Positions 30,065 through 41,561 of a DNA stretch of 64,000 bases are shown piece by piece. The DNA comes from an uncultured Methanosarcinaceae archaeon (lineage in GTDB: Archaea > Halobacteriota > Methanosarcinia > Methanosarcinales > Methanosarcinaceae), in assembly GCA_963721455.1 (NCBI GenBank), contig CAVRJG010000015.1, positions 32,001-96,000 on the forward strand. The letters are read 5' to 3'. Position 1 is the stretch's first letter. Every line of letters starts with the position of its first letter. Made by a program: the position numbers and the translations under genes. Below the pieces are notes generated by a model, which worked only from the letters and a program-made list of their open reading frames with translations, had not been told where the DNA came from and did no database searches.

Positions 30065-30539
30065 GTCGACATAAAAATCCATTCAATTTTTCTATTGATA
30101 TCGTTTTTTTCAGAACATTTGAAATTCAATTTAAATCAAAAATTACTAAATGTTAACCATGACATCATTAATATATATTTGCAACAAATGAGGGAAATGA
30201 CAAATCGGATTTGACATATAGTCCTCATGACACTGATTTTTAAATGAGCCTACAAAAAATAACAATCAAGGATATATAGATGTTAGGATGTGCTTGCTGC
30301 CGAATGTAGGTTTTATCTCTTTAAAAGCAGCTTTTTAAAATTATTTTTTATTTAGCATTTTTTATACTCGGGATTATTTGAAGGTGAATAACCTGGTAAA
30401 TAGATTTTTTTCCCAGTATAATCTGTTTGGACACTTTAATTTTTATTTCTGTTTTCTAATATTTATTTAAATCAACAATTTTATATGTAATCCTTTTAAA
30501 AATAATTTCGTAAATTCCTGGATTAATGCGCGGGTTAAA

Positions 30540-32399
30540 ATGGCAAAAATTCAAACTTTCAGATGGGTCTGCTTATTCGCAATATTTCTGGCTCTGATTC
30601 CAATTTCTGAAACCGGAGCTGCAGAAAATATTTATGTTTCACCGGGAGGATCAATCCAGGCTGCAGTAGATAAGGCATCCCCAGGCGATACTATCCTTGT
30701 AAAACCCGGAGAATATAATGAAAGCGTTCAAATCAATCAGGATAACCTGACAATAATTTCAGATTCAAAAGATCCCTATGATTCAAAAGATCCCTATAAT
30801 ACTGTTATTATCGGAGAGAATGGGGTGAGCAACGCATTCAAGGTAATTGCCAGTAATGTGACAATCAGCGGTTTCTCAATAGTTGACAGCAAATGCGGGA
30901 TTTACCTCAATGGCGCTCAGAACTGTACTATACGTAGCAACAATATCTCGAAAAACGGCATTGGTATCTGTCTGTCTAAGTCCGACAATAATACCTTGAG
31001 CAATAATATCGTATATTCGAACATCGATTGTGGCATCAGGTCACTTACTTCTTCAGGCAACGCGATATACAACAATTTCTTTAATAACACGAATAATGCC
31101 AGAGAGAATCAACTCAATGCCTGGAACCTTACCTCAGGCAATTACTGGAGCGATTACGCAGAAAGGGATGAGGACGGAGACGGCATCGGCGACACGGCAT
31201 ATATCATCAACCACCGGACAAACAGTATTGATTACAGGCCGTTAATGAATTTCACTCCTGAACTTAAGGTATTGCCAGAGGCAATTTTCACTTCCAATGT
31301 GACAGTCGGGTATGCCCCTCTTACAGTTGAGTTTACCGATTTCTCAGAAAATGCCAGCTCACTGCTATGGGATCTGGAAAATCTGAGGACTTCGAACTCT
31401 TCTGGCCTTTTGCATACTTTCGTTAATGAAGGCAGTTATAGGGTCATTCTAAATGTCACGAACAAAAATGGCAGCGACTCGACATATGTAACCATAAATG
31501 TTCTGAAGGCTCTGGATCCTTCTGTTCCAATACTCCCTGAGGCCAAAATCGGTACCAATGTGACAGGCGGTTACGTTCCTCTTACAGTTCATTTTGTTGA
31601 TTTTTCCGAAAATGCAGACTCGGTGTTGTGGAGTTTCGGAAATGGGAAGAAATCTTGCTGCCAGGACCTGCGGCACACTTTCTGCTGTCCGGGGAACTAT
31701 ACAGTCTCTCTTACGGCAGAGAACAACAATGGCAGCTCCTCAAAATGTATTGTCATTACCGTCCTGGAACCGGCAATTCAGCCTTCTGCCGTCCTGCCAG
31801 CGGCTAAATTCAGTGCCAGCACCACCAGAGGGCCTGCTCCCCTCACGGTCGACTTTGTCGATATTTCAGAAAATGTAACCGGTCGGTCATGGAATTTTGG
31901 GGACGGCAACCAGTCCGCTGAAAAAAGTCCTGAGCATACTTACATGACTCCAGGAAATTACACTGTGAGCCTGACGGTGGGCAATGAAAACGGGAACGAC
32001 TCAAAAAAATTTATAAACCTTATTCAGGTCGAAGCTGCCGATAGCACAGGTAATGCAGATAGGGTCGGTTACTCAGGAGATACCGGAGATACTGCTAATA
32101 CAGGATCTGCTGAAGATGCAGGCTCAAACGATGGAGATGAAAGTACCGGGATTGTAAGGACTATCTGCAAGGAAAATCTCGGGTCTGTAAAGGACTTTGC
32201 TCTATCCTTTGCCGGACCTCTTGCAGAACTGAAACCGTCAATAGAGCATGAGATCCTGAAGGTTGTAAGTATGGTTAAAAATTTCGCAGAGGAATCGGTA
32301 CCCATAACTGAAGTAAGAAATATTTCCTGGCTTGCATTATTTTTTGGGATGCTGGGGATATCTTCGGTAATTTCGGTGCTTAAAAGGGGCAGAAAATAA
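30540..32399 (+). CDS. Cell-surface protein with NosD/beta-helix and three PKD domains
   Basis: Signal peptide; SIQAAVD..PGDTILV.PG.Y; GNYWSDY; repeated APLTVxF..WxFG..GNYTVSLT; C-terminal TM. Confidence 0.88.
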   Translation: MAKIQTFRWVCLFAIFLALIPISETGAAENIYVSPGGSIQAAVDKASPGDTILVKPGEYNESVQINQDNLTIISDSKDPYDSKDPYNTVIIGENGVSNAFKVIASNVTISGFSIVDSKCGIYLNGAQNCTIRSNNISKNGIGICLSKSDNNTLSNNIVYSNIDCGIRSLTSSGNAIYNNFFNNTNNARENQLNAWNLTSGNYWSDYAERDEDGDGIGDTAYIINHRTNSIDYRPLMNFTPELKVLPEAIFTSNVTVGYAPLTVEFTDFSENASSLLWDLENLRTSNSSGLLHTFVNEGSYRVILNVTNKNGSDSTYVTINVLKALDPSVPILPEAKIGTNVTGGYVPLTVHFVDFSENADSVLWSFGNGKKSCCQDLRHTFCCPGNYTVSLTAENNNGSSSKCIVITVLEPAIQPSAVLPAAKFSASTTRGPAPLTVDFVDISENVTGRSWNFGDGNQSAEKSPEHTYMTPGNYTVSLTVGNENGNDSKKFINLIQVEAADSTGNADRVGYSGDTGDTANTGSAEDAGSNDGDESTGIVRTICKENLGSVKDFALSFAGPLAELKPSIEHEILKVVSMVKNFAEESVPITEVRNISWLALFFGMLGISSVISVLKRGRK

Positions 32400-32524
32400 G
32401 TCAATAAGCACGAAGAAGACTCATTTTTAAAATGGGAGCAAAAACAGTATTTGATTGGGGTTCCCTATCCCGCTTCTTCTTCAGTTCCTGAATCCTATCC
32501 AAGTGATATTCAATAGAGGAGCAT

Positions 32525-33028
32525 TCAGTAGATACTCACTCCTTTGACCGAGGGCAGGTTCAGAATCTTGTCCACGAGATTTCCAGGTACTTTCTGGTCG
32601 GTGATGATGGTGAGTCTGGGATTGTCAGTAAGATAGGGGTCATCTGAGACAGCCTGGCGGATGCTCAAATTGTTTTGGGAGATCAGGCCTGCAACCTCCG
32701 CAAGGATGCCCACGTGGGCCGCATCTTCCGGGATAATAATGATTACTCCCAGGCCAAGAGAAGGGGCAACGTCTCTGAGAAAAGGGATGGAATGGACATC
32801 TTTAAAAATATTGCTTAGAAGTTCATCTGAGATAATGGTCTTTGTGGTTGCGTCAACCACTCGCCTGTCAACACCTGCTTCTTTTGCAAGCTGGGTATGT
32901 GCTATCTCAATGCTTCCGGAAGTGACCTTTCCTTCTTCATTCACCTGAAACCCACGTTCGAAGAGCAACTTGAGCACTTTTGCCTGCGCAGGATATTTTT
33001 CAAATTTTTTGAGTAATGTCTGCCACAT
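32525..33028 (-). CDS. ACT-domain regulator of amino acid metabolism
   Basis: N-terminal HTH-like region, GILAEV...SIRQA ACT domain. Confidence 0.8.
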   Translation of the reverse strand: MWQTLLKKFEKYPAQAKVLKLLFERGFQVNEEGKVTSGSIEIAHTQLAKEAGVDRRVVDATTKTIISDELLSNIFKDVHSIPFLRDVAPSLGLGVIIIIPEDAAHVGILAEVAGLISQNNLSIRQAVSDDPYLTDNPRLTIITDQKVPGNLVDKILNLPSVKGVSIY

Positions 33029-33185
33029 ATAAACTTCAGTTTAAGTCGGGTTCCCTGATATATAGTTTCTTATCATGATCCATTGTCAACCGAATAAAAG
33101 TTTTCCTGAATTGCACTTTCGAATATTTTCGGCGTTAACTGTTGCCTGCGTTAATTTGATGTACCTGCAGGACACGAGTCTTTGC

Positions 33186-33992
33186 ATGGAAGATTCCAGC
33201 GCAGGCAATAATCAGATGTCCGGAAAAACAGATTACCAGCTCCTTCTTATTGCCGGCCTCAACAAAGAAATAGAACTGGCCCGCAAGCTTGATCCTGAAA
33301 AGCTCGCAACTGAAATCCGGAAAATCGGTTTCTTCTGCCAGCACTGTGGAAAATGCTGCCGGCGGGCTTTCGGGGACAACAGCGTATTACTAATCCCTTC
33401 CGAGATCGAGAGAATCCGGGGATATACAGGCCTTTCAAAACTTGAGGTTGCAGGGCCATTTGTGCCTGATACCACTATCCCGGATGAACCTGGGGAGGCT
33501 GAAGAAAATAGCCATGAAGATTATTTCAGGGTGCCGGAAGAAAATGAAGAACCATTCTCCCCTGAGTTTCTTAAGCTTCTTCAGGAGGATATCGATTGCG
33601 AGGGCAATATTCATGCCTTTGGGTGGATACTCAGGCGGAAGAGAAATGGAGACTGCGTCTTTCTTGAAAAAGATACAAACAAATGCCGGGCCTATCCAGT
33701 GCGCCCGATGCTCTGCAGCACCTATCCGTTTTATATCGAAGAGCTGAGATTGCAGATATGCGAATGTGAAGGTCTCGGATATCCTATCTCTGCAGAAGAC
33801 AGCCGAAAGCAGGCAGAAAACCTCATTTTCAGGTATATTTCGGAACTTGAGGACATACTTACTATGTATGAAAAATTTGTAAATTTCAGGAGAGGGGAAA
33901 AGGGCCTGGAGCTTGCAAAGAAGAGCCTGGAAAATGGCACATGTACCTATGTAGTTCATGATAGCACGGGAAGTACTATATTTATTGATTGA
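33186..33992 (+). CDS. YkgJ-family cysteine cluster protein
   Basis: FCQHCGKCC, CVFL...CRAYPVRPMLCSTYPF; start uncertain. Confidence 0.85.
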   Translation: MEDSSAGNNQMSGKTDYQLLLIAGLNKEIELARKLDPEKLATEIRKIGFFCQHCGKCCRRAFGDNSVLLIPSEIERIRGYTGLSKLEVAGPFVPDTTIPDEPGEAEENSHEDYFRVPEENEEPFSPEFLKLLQEDIDCEGNIHAFGWILRRKRNGDCVFLEKDTNKCRAYPVRPMLCSTYPFYIEELRLQICECEGLGYPISAEDSRKQAENLIFRYISELEDILTMYEKFVNFRRGEKGLELAKKSLENGTCTYVVHDSTGSTIFID

Positions 33993-34146
33993 CAGCACAA
34001 AACCAACAAAGCCGTATACTTATCGACCATACTATCTCAATTTTTAAACCCATCTGTCGTTTCATACGCCTGAAAGATTTTTTTTGTCTTTTTCTGCTCT
34101 GTGCCATCAATTAAATTTATTTATTAGAAAGAGCCAGTTATTCCCC

Positions 34147-35442
34147 ATGACCGGGATGTCTGGTAATGAAAATCGTCCGATGACCGTTTCGGAAAAAATC
34201 TTTTCGAAGGCCTCTGGAAATCCCGTAACAGCCGGGGATTTCGTGCTGGCAAATATAGACCTGGCAATGACACACGACATTACGGGTCCGCTGGCAGTCA
34301 AAGGCTTTTACGAGATAATGAAAGATAAAGAAGAAAAAAAAGTATGGGACCCAAAGAAAATAGTGATGGTATTCGACCACCAGGTTCCTGCGGATTCTAT
34401 TAATGCCACAGCAAACCATATTATGCTCAGAAAATTTGCTGAGGAACAGGGCATTTTAAATTATGATGTGTATGAGGGCGTCTGCCATCAGGTTCTTCCC
34501 GAGAAAGGGCATGTGCTGCCAGGTGACCTTATAGTTGGCTCGGACTCGCATACCTGTGCATATGGGGCTCTAGGTGCATTTTCTACCGGTGTAGGGTCTA
34601 CTGACATGGCGGCTGTTTTTGCCACGGGCAAACTCTGGTTCAGAGTACCCGAGACTTTGCGCTTTGAAGTGGAAGGCAACCTTCCAAGGCGTGTTTACTC
34701 AAAAGACCTTATCCTCCACCTGATCGGTGACGTCGGGGTAGAGGGGGCAAGGTATATGGCAGCCGAGTTTGCAGGTTCAACAATCCGTTCTCTTTCGATT
34801 CCCGAACGCATGACCATATCCAACATGGCAATCGAGATGGGTGGAAAGGCAGGAATTATCGAAGCCGATGAGGTGACTGCAGATTATCTCAAAGAGCGGA
34901 TTCTGTACTATGAGTTTGATCCATACTGGAAATCCGATGAGGGCGCGGAATATTCTGATGTCCGCTATTACGATGTCTCTGATCTGGAACCTCAGGTGGC
35001 CTGTCCCCACAATGTGGATAACGTAAAGCCTGTAACCGAAGTAGAGGGCACGAAAATCGATCAGATCTTTATGGGTTCCTGCACAAACGGCAGGTTCGAA
35101 GACATTAAGATCATGGCAGACATCATGGGTGACGAACCTGTGGCAAAGGGTGTACGCCTCCTTGTTGTCCCCGCTTCAAGAACCGAATACATGAAACTGT
35201 TGAGAGCCGGGTATATAGAAAAACTTATGAGTGCAGGCGCAATTGTGGAATCTCCCTGCTGCGGGCCCTGTATGGGCGGCTCTTTCGGCCTGCTTGGTGC
35301 AGGAGAAGTGGGTCTTGCAACCTCCAACCGCAATTTCAAAGGCAGAGAAGGAAGTGCCGAATCCTTTGTGTATCTCTCTTCCCCCGCAACTGCAGGAGCA
35401 TCAGCCCTTACCGGAGAAATTACTGATCCGAGGAAGGTTTGA
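34147..35442 (+). CDS. Isopropylmalate/citramalate/homoaconitate dehydratase large subunit (LeuC/HacA family)
   Basis: GSDSHT, GSCTNGR, CGPCMG, STNRNF-like motifs; paralog not resolvable. Confidence 0.92.
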   Translation: MTGMSGNENRPMTVSEKIFSKASGNPVTAGDFVLANIDLAMTHDITGPLAVKGFYEIMKDKEEKKVWDPKKIVMVFDHQVPADSINATANHIMLRKFAEEQGILNYDVYEGVCHQVLPEKGHVLPGDLIVGSDSHTCAYGALGAFSTGVGSTDMAAVFATGKLWFRVPETLRFEVEGNLPRRVYSKDLILHLIGDVGVEGARYMAAEFAGSTIRSLSIPERMTISNMAIEMGGKAGIIEADEVTADYLKERILYYEFDPYWKSDEGAEYSDVRYYDVSDLEPQVACPHNVDNVKPVTEVEGTKIDQIFMGSCTNGRFEDIKIMADIMGDEPVAKGVRLLVVPASRTEYMKLLRAGYIEKLMSAGAIVESPCCGPCMGGSFGLLGAGEVGLATSNRNFKGREGSAESFVYLSSPATAGASALTGEITDPRKV

Positions 35443-35502
35443 AAATCTCCCGCTTTTACTTTTTTGAATATTTCTCTGTATATTACATAAACAGGTGCTA
35501 GA

Positions 35503-35817
35503 ATGCAGGATGCTGATTTATCAATTTTGAACAGGGTATACGAAATTATCCTGGACCGGAAACAGAACTATGACGAGCGTTCATATGTCTGCAAGCTTTT
35601 GAACCATCGCAAAGGTATGAATAAGATTCTTGAAAAAGTAGGGGAGGAATCAATAGAAACAATTCTTGCAGTCAGGAATGAAGACCATAAAGAGATCGTT
35701 TCGGAAAGTTCGGACCTTATCTTCCATCTTCTGGTACTGCTTGCGGCGAATGACATCACCCTTGATGAAATCGCAGCCGAACTCAGTTCCAGGCATGAAA
35801 GCATGAAAAGGGATTGA
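35503..35817 (+). CDS. hisE: Phosphoribosyl-ATP pyrophosphatase
   Basis: [23 protein letters not shown]. Confidence 0.93.
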   Translation: MQDADLSILNRVYEIILDRKQNYDERSYVCKLLNHRKGMNKILEKVGEESIETILAVRNEDHKEIVSESSDLIFHLLVLLAANDITLDEIAAELSSRHESMKRD

Positions 35818-35951
35818 AGGCCTGAAAGTTTTTCTACATCCTAGTTTGAAAATGCAGACAACCCGATATTTTGAGAATATTGATATTTTTTCCGGCTGCT
35901 TCGGCGGGATTTTTTCCTGCTTTTTAAAGAGGCCGTGAGAAATATTAATTT

Positions 35952-36827
35952 TCAGTACACTGCCAGTTCGTTCAGGACATCGGTTTTTGATAGGGTCCCT
36001 TTGGGTACGCCATTGATTGTTACGATAAGCCTTCCTACATTATATTTATGGAAGAGTTTTACTACATCATAGAGTTGCATGTCCCCATCAACCGTGATGA
36101 GTTCTTTTGTCATAATGTCTTTAACTTTTACGTTCGGTTTTCCCTGGGCAATGGCGTGGGCGATGTCCGTATAGGTAACGATCCCTACAATTTTCCCCTT
36201 GTCCTCCACGGGGGTTCCGTGAGTGTTATTCCGGATAAAAAGCCTCGTTGCTTCCTGAATACTCGCGTTCAGGTTCACAAGCAAAGGAGGATACTTCATG
36301 TAGTGTTTAACATGCTTTTTAGGAAGAGAAATCATTTCCGTAATATTGAAAAGAATAGAGTTGTTAGTATCGTCCCTTCCTGTGACCTCTCCGCGGATTA
36401 TCAGGCGGTTTACAGGCGTAGGACCCACCTGAAGCTTATCGTCCATCACAAAATCTTTTGTGTTTCCTATTACACGGATGACTCCGTTACAGGCGTCAGG
36501 ATTCCTGACGGTCGTAAAACTAATTTCGGCAGCTGTAGCCCCGTTAACCATCACATTGTTTCTGTAGAGAGGAACCACCGATTCATTTTTCAGCTGCTGG
36601 ATCCGTAAAGAATCGTACGCTGCTCCTGTAGGTTTGTACCCTCCTTTTGGCCCGGGTACCCCTTCCACAAGCCCCAGAGCCTTTAATAACTGCATCTGGT
36701 TGCGGACAGTCCCAGGATTGCGCTGGATGACCTCGGCTATTTCTTCCCCCTTGATTGCCCGGTCCTTTTGCCGCTGAAGGTTGATTAATGAATTAATAAT
36801 ATCTTTTTGAATCGAAGTGAGTTCCAT
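35952..36827 (-). CDS. HTH plus CBS-pair transcriptional regulator
   Basis: GEEIAE...PGTVRNQMQ..GPKGGY wHTH; two C-terminal CBS domains. Confidence 0.87.
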   Translation of the reverse strand: MELTSIQKDIINSLINLQRQKDRAIKGEEIAEVIQRNPGTVRNQMQLLKALGLVEGVPGPKGGYKPTGAAYDSLRIQQLKNESVVPLYRNNVMVNGATAAEISFTTVRNPDACNGVIRVIGNTKDFVMDDKLQVGPTPVNRLIIRGEVTGRDDTNNSILFNITEMISLPKKHVKHYMKYPPLLVNLNASIQEATRLFIRNNTHGTPVEDKGKIVGIVTYTDIAHAIAQGKPNVKVKDIMTKELITVDGDMQLYDVVKLFHKYNVGRLIVTINGVPKGTLSKTDVLNELAVY

Positions 36828-37187
36828 ATTACCACCATTAATTTCATATACCTTTATAAGGATGATGTATAACAACTGTACATCGAGAATGTATGTTATC
36901 GTATGTATTTACCATAATTAATGATTATAAATTCATATTACAAATTACTATTACAAATATAAAAAGAGTCCGGTTATGCTTTGAATATCCAGCTGGTTTT
37001 ATGCCTTATATTGAAGTTTATTACCAGGATTTGTAATTACAGATCCAAAGCCAAGCAATAAATTTCCTTTCAGGAAAATCGCCTTCAGAAATCTCTGCCA
37101 AACTTTTGCTTGTGTATTTGTTTTGTTAAAACTCTTCATTCATAAAAATCTTTATATAACTTAACAGAGCCCCCAGAGGGTTAGAAT

Positions 37188-38192
37188 ATGATGATATTTG
37201 AGAAAATCCATACAGTTCCCACTTCCGATGAATTAATCAATAAATCTTTCAAGCGGGCAGCGAGAGCGATGTCCGGGAAAACTATCGAAGACAGGGAAAG
37301 CCGGTTCAAGGCCAATGAATCCATGCTACTGACAGCCGCAAACATCTTTACAGATAATCTTGCAAATATAGTCAGGAGGTTCCCGAGTTTTGATCAATTG
37401 CCCAGGTTCTATTATGAGCTTACGGATATCCTTGTAGGCGTGGAAAAACTTAAGATGTCCCTGGCATCCGTAGACTGGGCAAGCAAGAAAATACATGAGG
37501 TTGCAAGGAGCTACGTCGGAAAGATCCGGGAGTCGGATATCCCCGAACCTGTCAGAAAAGAGGCTTTCGGCAGGATTGCATCCATTATCAAGTCCATAAA
37601 CAAGGATCTTCTATTCCTCAACAAAGCCAGAAACGTCTTGAGGAAACTTCCGGATGTCCAGGACGAGCCCACGATTGTGATTGCTGGTTATCCTAATGTT
37701 GGAAAGTCAAGTTTTGTCTCGAAAATTACAGGCGCAAGCCCGGAAATAGCCCCCTATCCCTTCACAACAAAAGGAGTAACAATCGGGCATTTCACCCGGA
37801 ATGGAGTGCGCTACCAGGTTATGGATACTCCCGGGCTACTTGACCGCCCCATGTCCGAGAGAAACTATATCGAGCGGCAGGCAATCACTGCGATCCATTT
37901 CCTTGACGCGGTCGTGATGTTCATTATTGACCCCAGTGAGAGCTGCGGGTACGAGATTGAAGACCAGAAACACCTGCTTGCGGAGATCAGGGAAAACTTC
38001 GAACTTCCTCTGCTTCTGGTCGCAAACAAGGCTGATAGGCCTGAATTCCAGAAAATGGATGAAGTAGAACTGAACATTTCCACGATTACCGGGGAAGGGA
38101 TCGATGAGGTAATGGACAGACTTCTGGAGATGATTGAAGAAAAGCGCCTTCTCTCTCCTTCCGAAGAGCCAAATGAAGAGTCCAGTATCTGA
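37188..38192 (+). CDS. NOG1-family GTP-binding protein
   Basis: GYPNVGKSS, PFTTKG, DTPGLLDRP, NKAD. Confidence 0.92.
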   Translation: MMIFEKIHTVPTSDELINKSFKRAARAMSGKTIEDRESRFKANESMLLTAANIFTDNLANIVRRFPSFDQLPRFYYELTDILVGVEKLKMSLASVDWASKKIHEVARSYVGKIRESDIPEPVRKEAFGRIASIIKSINKDLLFLNKARNVLRKLPDVQDEPTIVIAGYPNVGKSSFVSKITGASPEIAPYPFTTKGVTIGHFTRNGVRYQVMDTPGLLDRPMSERNYIERQAITAIHFLDAVVMFIIDPSESCGYEIEDQKHLLAEIRENFELPLLLVANKADRPEFQKMDEVELNISTITGEGIDEVMDRLLEMIEEKRLLSPSEEPNEESSI

Positions 38193-38279
38193 TTTCTGAT
38201 TATCTAATTCTGGAGTATATTAATAAGCTTATTAGAATGAATCACCTAATTTTTTTCGCTAATTTAAACGAAGAGGTGA

Positions 38280-38344
38280 ACCGCCGTAGGCACGGAAAAC
38301 ACAGAAGAAATGGGACAACAGCACAATTTTTCCGTGCTGGCGGT
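38280..38344. repeat. Intergenic inverted repeat between convergent genes
   Basis: ACCGCC..GCACGGAAAA / TTTTCCGTGCTGGCGGT. Confidence 0.55.
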
Positions 38345-38487
38345 GTATTCCTTGATTATAGCGTTTGGATGGAATTCTCCGCGCCAGCCAGTTTTTTCTT
38401 TTGTTACCGAGCCCTGAGTACAATTAGGTGTAATTAAGTCAAAAACTGTAATTTAAGATTTTTCATTGAGCTTTTTAGTATTCCTGT

Positions 38488-39426
38488 TCAGATTACTCCA
38501 AGCTGCATCAGCAGGGCCAGGGATATAAGTATAAACCCTGTTGTCAGCCTTATTTCCACTCTCCATTTTTCCCTGAACTCAGTGACTTTTTTGGGGCTAA
38601 GTCCGAAGGCGAGCAAGAGCCCAAGACCTATTACAGGGAGTAGAAGCCCGAGGTTGTAAAGCCCCATATATGCCGTTCCCCTGACAATATCGGTTTTTGT
38701 TGCCAGGATGCTCAGGAGTGAGAGGTAGATCGCTCCCACGCAGGGAGCTTTGACCAGGGAAAACATACTCCCTGAAAGGAAGGACAGCAACAGAAGATTG
38801 TTTTTGTCCATTTTTCCCATAAAGTTTTTCAGGGGTTCTGGAGTCCTGAAGGTTGATTTCGAATGCTTTTTCAGCCAATATGCATCAAAAATATGCCAGA
38901 AGCCGAGCAGGGCAATGAGCAGGATTGAAATTTCTATAAAGCTTCCCTGGATTTCAGGCAGGAAATTGACAATGCTGAGGATACTCATTCCTGCAAGCAT
39001 ATACATGGTAAAGATTCCTGCCGAAAAACCGAGCGTAATTTTGAGCATTTCCTTTCTTCTTCCGTGCTGCGCAAGGGTGAGTGAAGCGAGAAAAGCCATT
39101 ACCGCAAGCAGGCAGGGATTGAAACCTGCAAGAATACCTGCCGCCAGGAGTAAGAAGGGGCTAATTTTCTCAAGGTGCTTATTTTTCCCTTCTCTGCTTC
39201 CTGTCAGGGGAAGTGAAAGTTCCTGCGCAAAAAGAAAAGGGGGGATCTGGATGGTTTCTTTCAGAAAAACCCCGGCTGAGTTTTTATATCCTCCATATAA
39301 GCAGCCTGTCAATTTGCTTTCAGCTGAGACGACAGAACCGGAAGCAGGACTCAGCAACACGAATATACATACCAGTACGAAGATTCCTTTATTTACAAAC
39401 AGTGGACGCGTGCATCGCTTTTTCAT
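38488..39426 (-). CDS. CcdA/DsbD-like transmembrane electron-transfer protein
   Basis: AGFNPC and APCVGAIY motifs in TM helices. Confidence 0.8.
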   Translation of the reverse strand: MKKRCTRPLFVNKGIFVLVCIFVLLSPASGSVVSAESKLTGCLYGGYKNSAGVFLKETIQIPPFLFAQELSLPLTGSREGKNKHLEKISPFLLLAAGILAGFNPCLLAVMAFLASLTLAQHGRRKEMLKITLGFSAGIFTMYMLAGMSILSIVNFLPEIQGSFIEISILLIALLGFWHIFDAYWLKKHSKSTFRTPEPLKNFMGKMDKNNLLLLSFLSGSMFSLVKAPCVGAIYLSLLSILATKTDIVRGTAYMGLYNLGLLLPVIGLGLLLAFGLSPKKVTEFREKWRVEIRLTTGFILISLALLMQLGVI

Positions 39427-40373
39427 ATGCCTTTTCCGAAGCTATTTTTCCGCAGATATTCAAAATTTCCCGGGTCAACGGGCGCATTGTTTTTGAGGAG
39501 GTGCAGACTTTTTACCCACACATGCCCAGTTTATTCCTTATGACCGGAAAAGTGCCTTTACTCAATCAAGTTTTTCTCTTCCTAAATTGAAAAATTACGT
39601 ATTGATAGCAATTATCTCTTTTGATTCTGTTAATTAATATTATACTTTTGGTATTAATTTATGTATCTGTATCAATTCGTTTATCTGCACGTAGGTTTTA
39701 TGAAGGCTTACCTGAAAGCTGGTCAAAAAACAAATAGTGACCTGAATATTTTTATGAGGTCTGGTAGTTTGATAAACTTCCAACTAAATCGGCTGAGATG
39801 TCAGTGTAGAGAGGTAAAGTCTAGAATGAAATAATCTTTTTCTCGGTAAGTACTGGCGGCAGCTGCGTTCCTACATAGGTTTTCTGTCCTAAGTCTCTAA
39901 CAATCAAAGATCAGGAAAAATTACTAACTTGTAATGAGTAATAAAGCAGTCGGTTTGAAGTTCTGGTCTGTATACACATAAAACTTTAGACTAAAGTAGT
40001 TTGAAGGTGTTAAATAAATCACTCAAAGTAAATTTGAACTCCATGTGTCTGATCACGAAGTCACTATAAAAATTTTTGATTCGAATAATAACGCTATATT
40101 CAAAGAGTCATATTTTCTAATTCCATAAGAGAAGATAACATCCACTGATATTTCTTCAAAATTAGGGACATATATAACCTCAGCTTTAATTGTTGGCAGG
40201 AAAATGCGCAAATAACAGAGCGTAATCAAAAACAACAAGTGTCCAATACTTCTTTTTATATAATTCAGATTAAAGGAAAAAGATAGGGAAAGGAAAAAGA
40301 AAAACAGTGAAAAAATGTTCCCTTTACAGGGATCTCTAAATATTCTTTCAGAGCATTTTTTCAGAATACTTTT

Positions 40374-41486
40374 TCAGAGTACTTTTTCCATGATGCTCAG
40401 GGCTTTTTCAATATCTTTCATTGAAGCTGCATAGGAAATTCTTATGTAGCCGTCACCCTTGCTTCCGAAGGCTGTGCCTGGCACGACAATAACGCCGTTT
40501 GAGATCAATTTGGAGGCAACCTCTGCGGAATCCGATACTTTCGGGAAGGCATAAAAAGCTCCTTTAGGAAGAGCGCATTCCATCCCGAGTTCGTTCAGCC
40601 CTTTTACAAGCACATCCCTGCGTTTCCTGAACTCTTCCCGCATGGCATTGACCGAATCTTTAGGCCCTGTCACTGCGGCATAAGCGGCTTTCTGAGCGAT
40701 TGAATTAGCGCAGGCCTGGATGTACTGGTGCACCTTGAGCATCTGGCCGGTATACTCTTTTCGGGCTGCCACATACCCCAGCCTCCAGCCAGTCATAGCA
40801 TAGCTCTTCGAGGTAGCATTTACAGTAATCACGTTGTCAGAGTAGCTGGCAGGGCTTACATGCTCTCCTTCGTAGATGAAGTATTCATAGACCTCGTCTG
40901 AAAGGATGGTTATGTTGTGGTCGTCTGCAATCTCGGCAAGGGCTTTGATATCTGCCCTGCTTGAGACTGCGCCTGTGGGGTTTGAAGGGGAATTGAGGAT
41001 GATGGCTCTGGTCTTCGGGGTAATTTTCTCAAGCACGGCCTCAGGCTTCATAGTAAGGTCTTCTGCGAGGGGGACACTTACTGCTTTGCCATTCAGGATC
41101 TCGGTAAGTGCATTATAGGAAACAAAACCGGGGTTTGAGATAAGAACTTCATCTCCAGGGTTGAGGAGGGCTGCAAGGGCAATGGTAAGAGCTTCAGACG
41201 CTCCGGAGGTGACAATTATTTCCTGCGGGGAAACCGAAAACCCGTTTTCCTCCTTGAACTTGGAACTCAGGGCTTCTCTTAACTCCGGAATTCCCGAGCC
41301 TACCGTATAACCCGTAAAGCCTTCGTTTATGGCTTTTATTGCCGCTGCCTTGATATGCTCCGGGGTATCAAAATCCGGCTGCCCGAGCCCAAGGTTAATT
41401 GCGTCCGAGCCTGCGGCTTCGAAAATCTTCCTGATCCCGGATGTGTCTATTCTGGCTACGTTCTCTGAAAACTTTATTTCCTTCAA
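40374..41486 (-). CDS. Class I/II PLP aminotransferase (aspartate aminotransferase-like)
   Basis: LGLGQPDF, NSPSNPTG, SDEVY, SKSYAMTGWRLG. Confidence 0.93.
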   Translation of the reverse strand: MKEIKFSENVARIDTSGIRKIFEAAGSDAINLGLGQPDFDTPEHIKAAAIKAINEGFTGYTVGSGIPELREALSSKFKEENGFSVSPQEIIVTSGASEALTIALAALLNPGDEVLISNPGFVSYNALTEILNGKAVSVPLAEDLTMKPEAVLEKITPKTRAIILNSPSNPTGAVSSRADIKALAEIADDHNITILSDEVYEYFIYEGEHVSPASYSDNVITVNATSKSYAMTGWRLGYVAARKEYTGQMLKVHQYIQACANSIAQKAAYAAVTGPKDSVNAMREEFRKRRDVLVKGLNELGMECALPKGAFYAFPKVSDSAEVASKLISNGVIVVPGTAFGSKGDGYIRISYAASMKDIEKALSIMEKVL

Positions 41487-41561
41487 ATTGAGCCCTCCTG
41501 TATCCCTGCAAATTAACCGTTTTTAAAATATACCCACTGCTTTCTGGCGATTTTCAGGCTT

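Noticed and set aside
30762-30797. In-frame duplications DSKDPY x2 (surface protein) and NVVKA x2 (54412-54440, response regulator)
   Set aside because: Most simply slippage duplications; no sign of a dedicated mechanism
39600-40370. Possible gene or ncRNA in a long intergenic gap (including ORF 40053-40238)
   Set aside because: No convincing RBS, motif, repeat or stable structure visible
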